From: Bacillota bacterium
GTDB taxonomy: Bacteria > Bacillota > Clostridia > Lachnospirales > Lachnospiraceae
Direction: 5' to 3'
Length of the DNA: 64,000 nucleotides
Assembly (NCBI GenBank): GCA_023387635.1
Contig: JAEWHU010000091.1
Coordinates: 2,644-66,643, forward strand
This document shows, piece after piece, positions 20,878-30,436 of the stretch. A program made the position numbers and the translations under genes. The notes below the pieces were generated by a model. It ran no database searches. It worked only from the letters and a program-made list of their open reading frames with translations, and had not been told where the DNA came from. Position 1 is the stretch's first letter; each line of letters begins with the position of its first letter.

Positions 20878-22668
20878 ATGGCAGAATCAATGAAAGGCTT
20901 AAAACGAAGCCATAGATGTACCGAATTATCAAGTGCTAATATTGGACAAACAGTTACAGTAATGGGTTGGGTACAAAAAAGTAGAAATAAAGGCGGAATT
21001 ATTTTCTTAGACTTAAGAGATCGTTCTGGTTTATTGCAAATTATTTTCGAAGGAAATGATATAGGTGAAGAAGGTTTTTCAAAAGCTGAAAAATTAAGAA
21101 GTGAGTTCGTAATTGCCGTAGTGGGTAGAATTGAAGCTCGTAATGGTGCTATCAATGAGAATTTAGCAACAGGTGATATTGAACTTAGAGCAACAGAACT
21201 TCGTGTATTATCCGAAGCTGAAACACCACCATTTCCAATTGAAGAAAGTAGTAAGACAAAGGAAGAATTAAGATTAAAATATAGATATTTGGATCTTAGA
21301 AGACCTGATTTACAACGAAATCTTATTATGAGAAGTAAAGTGGCTACTTTAACACGTAGTTTCCTTTCTGAAGAAGGTTTCCTAGAGATTGAAACACCTA
21401 TGCTTACAAAGAGTACACCTGAAGGCGCTAGAGATTATCTTGTTCCAAGTAGAGTTCATCCAGGCAACTTCTATGCACTTCCACAATCTCCACAAATTTT
21501 TAAGCAATTATTAATGTGTTCCGGTTATGATAGATATTTCCAAATCGTTAAGTGTTTTAGAGATGAGGATTTACGTGCGGATAGACAACCAGAGTTTACA
21601 CAAATAGATATGGAATTATCTTTTGTTGATGTAGATGATGTATTAGAAGTGAATGAAAGATTATTACACAAAATGTTTAAAGAAACAATTGGTGTTGAAA
21701 TAGCACTTCCAATTCAAAGAATGACATATAAGGAAGCAATGGAGCGTTTTGGTTCTGACAAGCCAGATATCCGTTTTGGTATGGAACTTAAAAATGTTTC
21801 TGATGTAGTAAAGAATTGTGGATTTTCTGTATTTACAGGGGCACTTTTAAGCGGTGGTTCTGTACGTGGTATTAATGCAGAAGGTCAAGGAGATATGCCA
21901 AGAAAGAAGATCGATGCTTTAGTTGAATTCGCTAAAGGTTTCGGAGCGAAAGGTTTGGCTTATTTAGCAATTAATGAAGATGGCACATACAAATCTTCCT
22001 TTGCTAAATTTATGACAGAAGAGGAACTTTCAGCTTTAGTTAATGCAATGAATGGTAAACCAGGTGACTTACTACTATTTGCAGCGGATGAAGACGACGT
22101 AGTGTTTGACGTTTTAGGTAATTTAAGACTTGAAATTGCTAGAAATCTTGATTTACTTAAGAAAGATGAATATAAATTCTTATGGGTTACAGAGTTCCCA
22201 TTACTTGAGTATTCAAAAGAAGAAGGTAGATATACTGCAAAGCATCATCCATTTACAATGCCTATGGAAGAGGATTTAGAATTACTAAATACAGATCCAG
22301 GTAAAGTAAGAGCGAAAGCTTATGATATCGTTTTAAATGGTACTGAAATTGGTGGCGGTAGTGTTCGTATTTTCCAAAATGATGTACAAGAAAAAATGTT
22401 TGAAGTTTTAGGATTTAGCAAGGAAGATGCATATGAACGTTTTGGATTCCTATTAAATGCTTTCAAATATGGAGTTCCACCACATGCAGGACTTGCTTAT
22501 GGGCTTGATCGCCTTATTATGCTTATGGCACAAGAGGATAGTATTCGTGATGTAATAGCATTCCCTAAAGTAAAAGATGCGTCATGTTTGATGACAGATG
22601 CTCCAAATGTTGTTGATAAAAAACAACTTGATGAACTTGGAATTGATGTAGTGAATGAAGAAAAGTAG
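20878..22668 (+). CDS. aspS: aspartate--tRNA ligase
   Basis: 596 aa with FLDLRDRSG, QSPQIFKQLLM, FRDEDLRADRQPEFTQID and GGGSVRI motifs. Confidence 0.95.
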   Translation: MAESMKGLKRSHRCTELSSANIGQTVTVMGWVQKSRNKGGIIFLDLRDRSGLLQIIFEGNDIGEEGFSKAEKLRSEFVIAVVGRIEARNGAINENLATGDIELRATELRVLSEAETPPFPIEESSKTKEELRLKYRYLDLRRPDLQRNLIMRSKVATLTRSFLSEEGFLEIETPMLTKSTPEGARDYLVPSRVHPGNFYALPQSPQIFKQLLMCSGYDRYFQIVKCFRDEDLRADRQPEFTQIDMELSFVDVDDVLEVNERLLHKMFKETIGVEIALPIQRMTYKEAMERFGSDKPDIRFGMELKNVSDVVKNCGFSVFTGALLSGGSVRGINAEGQGDMPRKKIDALVEFAKGFGAKGLAYLAINEDGTYKSSFAKFMTEEELSALVNAMNGKPGDLLLFAADEDDVVFDVLGNLRLEIARNLDLLKKDEYKFLWVTEFPLLEYSKEEGRYTAKHHPFTMPMEEDLELLNTDPGKVRAKAYDIVLNGTEIGGGSVRIFQNDVQEKMFEVLGFSKEDAYERFGFLLNAFKYGVPPHAGLAYGLDRLIMLMAQEDSIRDVIAFPKVKDASCLMTDAPNVVDKKQLDELGIDVVNEEK

Positions 22669-22706
22669 AAATAATTAATTGTTTTTTTATAAATTATTAG
22701 ATAGAG

Positions 22707-22753
22707 AGGCTTTGTGTCATAGCTTGCTGGCTATTATGCAAAGCCCCTTGTTT
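22707..22753 (+). terminator. terminator after aspS
   Basis: GGCTTTG pairs with CAAAGCC, with an inner CATAGC/GCTAT helix, followed by CCTTGTTTC. Confidence 0.5.
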
Positions 22754-22841
22754 CATAAAAATTGTATGTAAATGTTAATTGTAAAAAATAAAAAATGAAG
22801 TAATAAAAATGAAGAAAAAATAAATATGAAAGATTAATAGT

Positions 22842-23126
22842 ATGGACAAATTTGAAGTAATTAAATATTATATTTTACTAATTAATATAATTGGTTTTTC
22901 ACTAATGGGAATTGATAAAGAACGAGCAAAAAAGAGAAGTTGGCGGATAGAGGAAAAGAAATTATTCTTAGTTGCTTTCATTGGTGGAAGTTTAGGGAGT
23001 ATACTAGGAATGCAATTCTTTCGACATAAAACAAAACATATGAAATTTACAGTTGGAATGCCACTAATTATGATATTACATATATTAATCATTGGATTAG
23101 TCATTAGTTTCCGGGTGCAACATTAA
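22842..23126 (+). CDS. DUF1294 family membrane protein
   Basis: MGIDKERAKKRSWRIEEKKLFLVAFIGGSLGSILGMQFFRHKTKH is the signature of this family. Confidence 0.8.
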   Translation: MDKFEVIKYYILLINIIGFSLMGIDKERAKKRSWRIEEKKLFLVAFIGGSLGSILGMQFFRHKTKHMKFTVGMPLIMILHILIIGLVISFRVQH

Positions 23127-23140
23127 CGTACTAAAGTGCT

Positions 23141-23557
23141 TCATATGTTTGGGTTAATTTTATTTGTTTTAATTTTTTCCTCAAGGTAAGCCAGCAATTC
23201 TTTCTTTTCAGGGCTACTTAATTTTTGAAATAGGTTAAATAGTCTCCTTTCATCATATGTAAGTTGTATGGTTTTTCTTGTAGTTGGCGATTCTGTTTTC
23301 GCTGCAGTATGATAAGGCGGATTTTCTAATAGTATATTATTATCAATAGGTGTTGTAAAGTTGTTGATTAGGTCGCCAATATCAATGTGGTATAGATTTG
23401 ATAATTTTAACAAGGTTTGATGATCTGGATTTCTTAAACCAGCTTCATAGTGCGCGTATCCTTGTCTAGTCATATTCAAATATTTTGCGACGTAATCTTG
23501 AGTAAACTCTTTCTCAATCCTAAGTTTTCGTAACTTTTCATTAAGTAAGTTAAGCAT
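23141..23557 (-). CDS. XRE-family helix-turn-helix transcriptional regulator
   Basis: LRKLRIEKEFTQDYVAKYLNMTRQGYAHYEAG is a typical HTH_XRE sequence. The start is assigned to the ATG at 23557, which has an upstream AAGGA. Confidence 0.8.
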   Translation of the reverse strand: MLNLLNEKLRKLRIEKEFTQDYVAKYLNMTRQGYAHYEAGLRNPDHQTLLKLSNLYHIDIGDLINNFTTPIDNNILLENPPYHTAAKTESPTTRKTIQLTYDERRLFNLFQKLSSPEKKELLAYLEEKIKTNKINPNI

Positions 23558-23764
23558 TCTAAACGTCCTTTCTAATGTTTGATAACAAAACAATTATAGC
23601 AATTATATACAGGAATACGATAGAAAAGCAACAAAGTGTAGCAATTGGTAAAAGTTTTGTATAAAATAATCAAATATGCAAATATTTTGTTGTGAAATTC
23701 AATAAAATCTTATAAAAAAAATGAATAAAATAGCTAAAACTTCAAAAATATTACAAAATAGCAA

Positions 23765-23793
23765 TTGACATAATGGAAAAATAGTGCTATTAT
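23765..23793 (+). promoter_or_regulatory. sigma-A promoter of the cold-shock gene (leaves an approximately 70 nt 5' UTR)
   Basis: TTGACA (23765-23770), a 17 nt spacer, then TATTAT (23788-23793). Confidence 0.6.
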
Positions 23794-23870
23794 TATGTTA
23801 TCGCTTGATGCGACAGCTACTTCTGTTACATAGTAACAGTCGGTAATTTTATTTTTTGGAGGAATTATAC

Positions 23871-24071
23871 ATGAACAAAGGTACAGTAAAATGGTTTAAC
23901 AATCAAAAAGGTTTTGGTTTCATCTCTGATGAACAAGGTAATGATGTATTCGTACATTATTCAGGTCTTAACATGGACGGATTCAAGTCTTTAGAAGAAG
24001 GACAAGAAGTTGGATTTGAAGTAGTTCAAGGTGCTAAAGGACCTCAAGCTACAAACGTAGTTAAATTATAA
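23871..24071 (+). CDS. cold-shock protein (CspA family)
   Basis: [18 protein letters not shown] and VFVHYS, the RNP1 and RNP2 motifs, are present. Confidence 0.95.
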   Translation: MNKGTVKWFNNQKGFGFISDEQGNDVFVHYSGLNMDGFKSLEEGQEVGFEVVQGAKGPQATNVVKL

Positions 24072-24180
24072 TCAACACAAGTTATTCAGTGTACCTTTTT
24101 CTTGACATATAAATTATAAGAATTTTATTTTTACGATTTTTATTCAGAATTAGCTATATTGTTATGAACGAGATTGATTA

Positions 24181-24209
24181 AAGGTTATCCTTAAGGATAA
24201 CCTTTTTTT
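24181..24209 (+). terminator. intrinsic terminator
   Basis: GGTTATCC-TTAA-GGATAACC is followed by TTTTTTT. Confidence 0.8.
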
Positions 24210-24246
24210 AGATTATAATTGGATATAACAAATCGTGGAGGTTTCT

Positions 24247-25911
24247 ATGGAAGTATTATTTTTGCCAATTAATCAGAAAATTACAGTGAATCATGGTGAA
24301 AATCTTTTTCAAGCCTCAAGGGAACATGGTATTGACCTAGGAGGTGTGTGTTCTGGAGGCAAAACCTGTGGTAAATGTAAGGTATTAATCACAAAAGGCA
24401 ATACTAGCCCATTAGCATTAGAAGAGCTAAACACCCTTACCGAAGAAGAAATCAGGAGAGGGATGCGACTTGCTTGTTGCTTTTCTTGTACGCAAGACAC
24501 TTGTGTTATACTACTTGATACGAATATAACCAAGGCTCATGCTAAAACCGATATGAATTGTAGTAGTAGCGATGTATATAATGGTAATGTAAACAACAGC
24601 AATGAAAAGCTTAGAAATGAAAAGCTTAGCAATGAGAAGCCCGACAATGAAAATACTAGTATTTATGATAGTAAGAATTTAAGTGGTAGTTATGGTGTTG
24701 CAATTGATATTGGAACAACCCAAGTTGCAGCTCTTTTATGGGACATAGAAAAAAGATGTGTTTTATGTGAAAAAAGTGAACCAAATCCACAATATTTGTA
24801 TGGGATGGATGTAATATCTAGAATTACCTTTGGTAGTAAAAGCAATGCAAATGCAGAAGTATTATGTAAGTTAATACAAAAATGCTGTAATCAGATAATA
24901 AATCAGATGGTAAGTGAAACAAATGTTAATCCTAAAAAGATTGAATCTATTGTAGTTGTTGGAAATACCACCATGATTCATATATTTTTAGAAAGACCGT
25001 TAAGTAATTTATTAAAAGTTCCATTTTCAAATATAAATTATGATGGAGTGGAATGTAGAGCAATTGATTTAGGTTTTTTAGAATATAAGGATGCCCTTAT
25101 ATATGTTCTTCCCGGAATCCATGGACATGTTGGTTCTGATACCATGGGATGTATTATTGAAAAAAATTTACATTCTATAAAAGGAATAACCTTACTTGTA
25201 GACATTGGTACAAATGGTGAAATAGTATTAGCCAAGGATGGTAAAATCGTTGTATGTTCTACGGCTGCAGGTCCTGCTTTTGAGGGAGCAACATTACAAC
25301 AAGGGATGGTTGCAAAAGAAGGAGCTATTACCTCCGTTCGTATTGTTGGTGATAAAATAAGCGTAGATTATATTGGAAGTGATAAAGAAAATAGTTATCC
25401 TATTGGTATTTGTGGAACTGGTGTATTAGAAGCATTAGCAGAATTCTATGCAAATGGGTATATGGATAGTACAGGAAGATTGCTAAATGAATATGGTTTG
25501 GAAAACTGCGTGACCCTATACAATGATGATTACCATAGAGTGGTGTTGACGCAAAAAGATATAAGAGAGATTCAATTGGCAAAAGGTGCTATCTATGCTG
25601 GTATTATTTTATTGTTAAAGGATACAGGAATTTCTATTAAAGATGTGGATAGAATCTACTTAGCAGGTGCTTTTGGGAGCAAAACGAATTACGAAAAAAT
25701 AATCAAAATAGGTTTATTGCCAAAGGTTAATATTAATATAATAAAGAGCATAGGAAATGCAGCCTTAAACGGTGCTAGTAAGTTCTTATTAGGTGATATA
25801 TCAAAAAAAGATATAGATGTAATAGCAGCCAATTGTAGTTATTTAGAATTAGCTACCAACGATGAATTTAATGAGGTATTTATAGATTCCATATCATTTC
25901 CAGATATATAA
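24247..25911 (+). CDS. 2Fe-2S ferredoxin + ASKHA (DUF4445 / RACo-like corrinoid-activation) protein
   Basis: The N-terminus has a plant-type ferredoxin Cys pattern (CSGGKTCGKCKV...LACC), followed by the ASKHA motif GVAIDIGTTQVA. GGAGG lies upstream of the ATG at 24247. Confidence 0.7.
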   Translation: MEVLFLPINQKITVNHGENLFQASREHGIDLGGVCSGGKTCGKCKVLITKGNTSPLALEELNTLTEEEIRRGMRLACCFSCTQDTCVILLDTNITKAHAKTDMNCSSSDVYNGNVNNSNEKLRNEKLSNEKPDNENTSIYDSKNLSGSYGVAIDIGTTQVAALLWDIEKRCVLCEKSEPNPQYLYGMDVISRITFGSKSNANAEVLCKLIQKCCNQIINQMVSETNVNPKKIESIVVVGNTTMIHIFLERPLSNLLKVPFSNINYDGVECRAIDLGFLEYKDALIYVLPGIHGHVGSDTMGCIIEKNLHSIKGITLLVDIGTNGEIVLAKDGKIVVCSTAAGPAFEGATLQQGMVAKEGAITSVRIVGDKISVDYIGSDKENSYPIGICGTGVLEALAEFYANGYMDSTGRLLNEYGLENCVTLYNDDYHRVVLTQKDIREIQLAKGAIYAGIILLLKDTGISIKDVDRIYLAGAFGSKTNYEKIIKIGLLPKVNINIIKSIGNAALNGASKFLLGDISKKDIDVIAANCSYLELATNDEFNEVFIDSISFPDI

Positions 25912-25999
25912 CTATAAAAGTGAAGAGATAAGTTTTGGTTGCACTTTATTTAAAAGTGGATTATGCTAATAAATATAGGTGTAGGAAAAGGAGAATATT

Positions 26000-27058
26000 A
26001 TGAGTATAAAGAGTCAATCATTTGGTAAAACAAAATCCGGCGAAAAAGTTACTTTATTTACCCTTACCAATCGTAATGGGATGAAAGTAAGCTTGACAAA
26101 TTATGGAGCAAATATTGTAAGCATTATAGTTCCAGATAAAAAAGGTGATTTTTCAGATGTAGTATTAGGATATGATGACATTGCAGGGTATGAAGTAAAT
26201 GGACCAGGATATGGTTCGTTTATTGGACGTCATGCTAATCGAATTAGTAATGCTTCATTTGTTATAAATGGTAAGAAGTATGAAGTGGAAAAAAATGATG
26301 GAAACAACCATTTACATGGTGGTTTAGTAGGATATAATAAATATGTATATGAAGAAGAAGTTTTTGAAGAAGATGATTCTATATCTGTTGAATTCTCTAG
26401 ACTTAGTCCAGATATGGAACAAGGATATCCAGGAAACTTAGATATTAGTGTTACATATACATTGACAGATGATAATGAATTAGTAATTGAATATGTAGCA
26501 GTTTCTGATAAAGATACTGTAATAAATTTAACAAATCATTCTTATTTTAATCTTGCGGGTCATGATAAAGGAACGATTTTAAATCATAAAGTAATGATTG
26601 ATGCTGATAAATTCACACCAACTGATGATGAGTTAATTCCTACTGGAGAACTAAGAGACGTAACAGGAACACCAATGGATTTTAGAAAATTAAAGGCAAT
26701 TGGTGAGGAAATCGATGCTGATTATGAACCATTAAAACAAGCAGGTGGATATGATCATAACTATGTACTTAATATTAGTGGTGATGAGATAGAAAAAGTA
26801 GGCGAGCTTGTGGATGAAGAGAGTGGTAGAGTAATGGAAATCTATACAGATATGCCTGGAATGCAACTTTATACAGGAAACTTTATAACAGGTACTGAAA
26901 AAGGTAAAAATGGTATTGTTTATAAAAAACGCGATGGTGTATGCTTTGAAACACAGTTTTTCCCTAATTCAACTAATATACCAGAATTCAAACCTTGTAT
27001 ATTTAAAGCTGGTCAAGAATTTGATTATGTAACAGTATATAAATTTAGTGTAAGGTAA
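26000..27058 (+). CDS. galM: aldose 1-epimerase (galactose mutarotase)
   Basis: NYGANIVSI, GRHANRI, NHLHGG, NLTNHSYFNL and CFETQ motifs are present. Confidence 0.9.
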   Translation: MSIKSQSFGKTKSGEKVTLFTLTNRNGMKVSLTNYGANIVSIIVPDKKGDFSDVVLGYDDIAGYEVNGPGYGSFIGRHANRISNASFVINGKKYEVEKNDGNNHLHGGLVGYNKYVYEEEVFEEDDSISVEFSRLSPDMEQGYPGNLDISVTYTLTDDNELVIEYVAVSDKDTVINLTNHSYFNLAGHDKGTILNHKVMIDADKFTPTDDELIPTGELRDVTGTPMDFRKLKAIGEEIDADYEPLKQAGGYDHNYVLNISGDEIEKVGELVDEESGRVMEIYTDMPGMQLYTGNFITGTEKGKNGIVYKKRDGVCFETQFFPNSTNIPEFKPCIFKAGQEFDYVTVYKFSVR

Positions 27059-27188
27059 AGTTAGGATATAGATTAGGGCGCTATAATATATGTTTGGGGA
27101 AATAAATATATTTATTCATTTACCCTAAAAATATATAGTTCTTAAATATGAATAAAAAGGACAGAACGTAAAGTTAGTCTATCATAAT

Positions 27189-27232
27189 AAAAATGCTTAT
27201 GATTCCATATAATAGAATCATAAGCATTTTTT
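27189..27232. terminator. bidirectional terminator between galM and the convergent upp
   Basis: ATGCTTATGATTC pairs with GAATCATAAGCAT, flanked by an A-run and a T-run. Confidence 0.8.
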
Positions 27233-27290
27233 AATACTTTAATTATTGAGCTTGTCTTACTTTGGCAAAAAAAAATTAACTAATTAATTT

Positions 27291-27920
27291 TCATTTTGTA
27301 CCATAAATTCTATCGCCTGCATCACCAAGACCAGGTAATATATAACCATTCTCGTTTAATCTTTCATCCAAAGCACCAATGTAAACATTAACATCAGGAT
27401 GCTCGTCAGTGAACCTTTTAACACCTTCTGGGGCTGCAATAAGACATAGGAAATGAATTTTACTTATTCCCTTATTTTTTAATAATTGAATAGCTGCACT
27501 AGCAGAGCCACCAGTTGCAAGCATAGGATCCACTACAAAGATTTCTCTTTCAGCGGCATCAATAGGAAGCTTACAGAAATATTCCACAGGTTCTAATGTT
27601 TCCTCGTTACGATATAAGCCGATATGACCAACTTTAGCATTAGGAATTAAGTTTAAAATACCATCGGCCATATGAAGACCTGCTCTAAGGATAGGAACAA
27701 TACAAAGTTTCTTTCCAGCGATTTCCTGTGCGATAGTTTTTACTAGAGGAGTTTCAATTTCAATATCAGCAAGAGGAAGTTCTCTTGTTGCCTCATAGCA
27801 GATAAGCATTGCAACTTCAGATACTAAATCACGAAATTCTTTTGTAGAAGTTGTTTTGCGTCTCATAATACCTATCTTGTGTTGAATCAGCGGGTGTTCC
27901 ATGCAAATAACTTTAGACAT
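27291..27920 (-). CDS. upp: uracil phosphoribosyltransferase
   Basis: [15 protein letters not shown] and [12 protein letters not shown] motifs are present. Confidence 0.95.
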   Translation of the reverse strand: MSKVICMEHPLIQHKIGIMRRKTTSTKEFRDLVSEVAMLICYEATRELPLADIEIETPLVKTIAQEIAGKKLCIVPILRAGLHMADGILNLIPNAKVGHIGLYRNEETLEPVEYFCKLPIDAAEREIFVVDPMLATGGSASAAIQLLKNKGISKIHFLCLIAAPEGVKRFTDEHPDVNVYIGALDERLNENGYILPGLGDAGDRIYGTK

Positions 27921-28147
27921 AATCTTGCCTCCAAATATTTTTATAAAATGTTTTATTTAATTTACTAGATCTAAAAACTATTATAACAAATATTATTGTC
28001 TAAGAAAAGATAAAAATTATGTATATTGTAATTTATACAAAAGAGTTGGATTTTTCTGAATTTCAAGTGGTAATTATGTGAGATTCTACAAGATTATGGA
28101 CATAAATGAATATAATTGGAAGAAAAATTAGAAAAGGACAGAGGAGA

Positions 28148-28188
28148 AGCCCAGTAGAGGGGGGAGGGTAACTACTAGGCTTTGTTTT
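28148..28188 (+). terminator. orphan + strand terminator-like hairpin with G-rich loop
   Basis: AGCCCAGTAG pairs with CTACTAGGCT around the loop AGGGGGGAGGGTAA, followed by TTTGTTTT. No annotated + strand gene lies upstream. Confidence 0.5.
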
Positions 28189-28492
28189 ATGAAAAAAATT
28201 ATCTTATTAGCATTGTTGGATGTAACTTATTAACTATGACTTTATTATAATAGACATATATGTTTATAGTATGGATGATTTATGAACAATTTGTGAATAT
28301 TCAAACAATTTAAATTAACTTTATATCTACAAGGGGTATAAGGTTGTTAGTAATAAAAGAAGTGGATTGTATAGTTTTACAAAAAAAGGAACACTTATCA
28401 AATATTACAGAGGTTACAAATAAGAAAAAAACTAATACTAAGAGAAACATCTAATAACAGAATATTAAAAACTAGATGAAAGAAGGTATGAA

Positions 28493-28951
28493 ATGGCAAG
28501 TGTCTTTAAAAAATTAATTAGTGATGAACTTGGTGAAACTAATTACAATAAATATTTCTTTGTATGTCAAAAAAGTTTACACAGTAAAGTTTTTGATAGT
28601 AAAGAAATTTACTTTGATATATATGAACGTTTAAAGAATAAAGATAAAATATCAATAAAAAAAATGCAGGAAAGATTAAACGATTCAATCTTATATGTTA
28701 TGCGAATTAGTAAAACTTATTATTTATCTTTTATTTTTTTACTTGCAGCTATCTTTTTCCTATTTGCAAAAAAATTTGATCCTATTATTATCGTGGTTAC
28801 AATTATTATTATGAGTATAGGTTTTTTAGTTAAAACTTATGAATATTTAATTAATAAATATTGCTTTATTGATGCTCAAATTGTTTTGGTCTATAAGACA
28901 GTACTTGATAAAGTATCATTACTAAAAGAAATTGAAAAACCAACGGAATAA
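28493..28951 (+). CDS. hypothetical 2-TM membrane protein
   Basis: 152 aa with two central hydrophobic helices. The RBS is GAAGG. I recognise no family. Confidence 0.5.
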   Translation: MASVFKKLISDELGETNYNKYFFVCQKSLHSKVFDSKEIYFDIYERLKNKDKISIKKMQERLNDSILYVMRISKTYYLSFIFLLAAIFFLFAKKFDPIIIVVTIIIMSIGFLVKTYEYLINKYCFIDAQIVLVYKTVLDKVSLLKEIEKPTE

Positions 28952-28971
28952 TTAAGTTTATAATAATTAAT

Positions 28972-29008
28972 AAATTCTCTTTTTATTATATAGATAAAAA
29001 GAGAATTT
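28972..29008 (+). terminator. hairpin separating the 28493 gene from the SPFH operon
   Basis: AAATTCTCTTTTT pairs with AAAAAGAGAATTT and is followed by ATTATT. Confidence 0.45.
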
Positions 29009-29026
29009 ATTATTACCAATATCTTC

Positions 29027-29054
29027 TTGAACTTTGTTGAATATATATTATAAT
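29027..29054 (+). promoter_or_regulatory. candidate sigma-A promoter of the SPFH operon
   Basis: TTGAAC (29027-29032), a 16 nt spacer, then TATAAT (29049-29054). Confidence 0.5.
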
Positions 29055-29120
29055 AGTAGTAATTGATAATATATTTAAAAAGAATAATAGTTATTAATTT
29101 TTTAATAGGAGGGGATAAAC

Positions 29121-30416
29121 ATGGCTATAATTGATGTTATAAAATATAATGGAACTCCTGATATTTTAGCGTGGAAGTATCCAATAGAAGAGTTAGGGAC
29201 ATGGACGCAATTAATCGTAAATGAATCTCAAGAGGTTGTATTATTCAAAGGCGGTAAAGCTTTGGATGTTTTTGGAAGTGGAAGACACACCCTTGAAACA
29301 GCAAATATTCCTTTGCTTAATAATATTATTAATATACCATTTGGTGGTCGGTCTCCTTTCACAGCCGAGATTTGGTATATAAATAAAGTATATTCTTTAG
29401 ATGTTAAATGGGGAACAGCAACGCCAATTCAGCTTCAAGATCCTAAGTATGGATTATTTGCGCCAGTTAGATCCTTTGGTCAATTTGGAATGAAGATTGA
29501 GGACTCAAAGAAATTTTTAATTAAATTAGTTGGAACACTACCAGTATTTGATAGAGAGACTCTAGTAAAGTATTTTAGAGGTCTATATGTTACAAAAGTA
29601 AAGGATACTATTTCTACATATTTGGTACATAAGCAGATCAGTATACTGGAAATAAATGCATATCTTGATGAGCTTTCTGAATTTATGCAAAAACGAATAC
29701 AACCAACTTTAGATGAATATGGCATAAAACTTGCTAATTTTTATGTAAATGATATTAGTGTACCAGAAGATGATTTGGGAGTTAAAAAATTAAAAGAAGC
29801 CTTAGCTAAACGCGCAGAGATGAATATTATAGGGTATAATTACCAACAAGAAAGATCTTTTGATACATTAGAAGGTGCTGCAAGTAACCCGGGTTCTGTT
29901 TCATCAGGATTTGTTGGAGCGGGAATTGGATTAGGTATGGGAGCTAATCTAGGGGGGACTTTTGGAAGTCAATTTGGGGGTATAGTGAATGAACTTAATA
30001 CAAAAGCTACTTCACTAAAGGATTGCCCTAATTGTCATGTGGATTTTGATAGTGATAGTAGGTTCTGTCCTAGTTGTGGATTTGACACTAAAAAAGAAGG
30101 AAAAAATGCTAATGTAATCAATTGCTTAGGATGCAATACTACAATAAGTGAAGATACTAAGTTTTGTCCTGAATGTGGTAAAAAGTATTGTCCTTGCCCT
30201 AATTGTAAAGCAGATAGAGAGGACTCTACAGCCTCTTGCCCTAATTGTGGCTATGTGAAAGCAGATACCTGTGGTAATTGCGGGAATGAATTAAGTAGTA
30301 AAAAACTTAAATTTTGTCCTGAATGTGGTATATCTTTATTAAAAAAATGTCAAAGCTGTAATACTACAATAGAGGGAAATGTGAAATTCTGTCCAGAATG
30401 TGGAGAGAAATTATAA
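29121..30416 (+). CDS. YdjI-type SPFH (band-7-like) protein with Gly-rich linker and five C-terminal zinc ribbons
   Basis: The N-terminus MAIIDVIKYNGTPDILAWKYP...LIVNESQEVVLFKGGK matches the YdjI / virion-core-like SPFH family (COG4260), from memory. The C-terminus carries five CxxC-x(10-14)-CPxCG units. Confidence 0.85.
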   Translation: MAIIDVIKYNGTPDILAWKYPIEELGTWTQLIVNESQEVVLFKGGKALDVFGSGRHTLETANIPLLNNIINIPFGGRSPFTAEIWYINKVYSLDVKWGTATPIQLQDPKYGLFAPVRSFGQFGMKIEDSKKFLIKLVGTLPVFDRETLVKYFRGLYVTKVKDTISTYLVHKQISILEINAYLDELSEFMQKRIQPTLDEYGIKLANFYVNDISVPEDDLGVKKLKEALAKRAEMNIIGYNYQQERSFDTLEGAASNPGSVSSGFVGAGIGLGMGANLGGTFGSQFGGIVNELNTKATSLKDCPNCHVDFDSDSRFCPSCGFDTKKEGKNANVINCLGCNTTISEDTKFCPECGKKYCPCPNCKADREDSTASCPNCGYVKADTCGNCGNELSSKKLKFCPECGISLLKKCQSCNTTIEGNVKFCPECGEKL

Positions 30417-30436
30417 GATAGCTGGAGGTAATTGTT

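Noticed and set aside
22669-22841. 6S RNA downstream of aspS, as in Bacillus subtilis, where bsrA follows aspS.
   Set aside because: The region holds only a terminator hairpin and AT-rich spacer. No long interrupted helix with a central bubble can be folded by hand. An Infernal scan with RF00013 would settle it.
28189-28233. 14-codon hydrophobic mini-ORF (MKKIILLALLDVTY) just after the orphan terminator.
   Set aside because: It has no SD sequence and is too short to assess. Chance occurrence in AT-rich DNA is likely.
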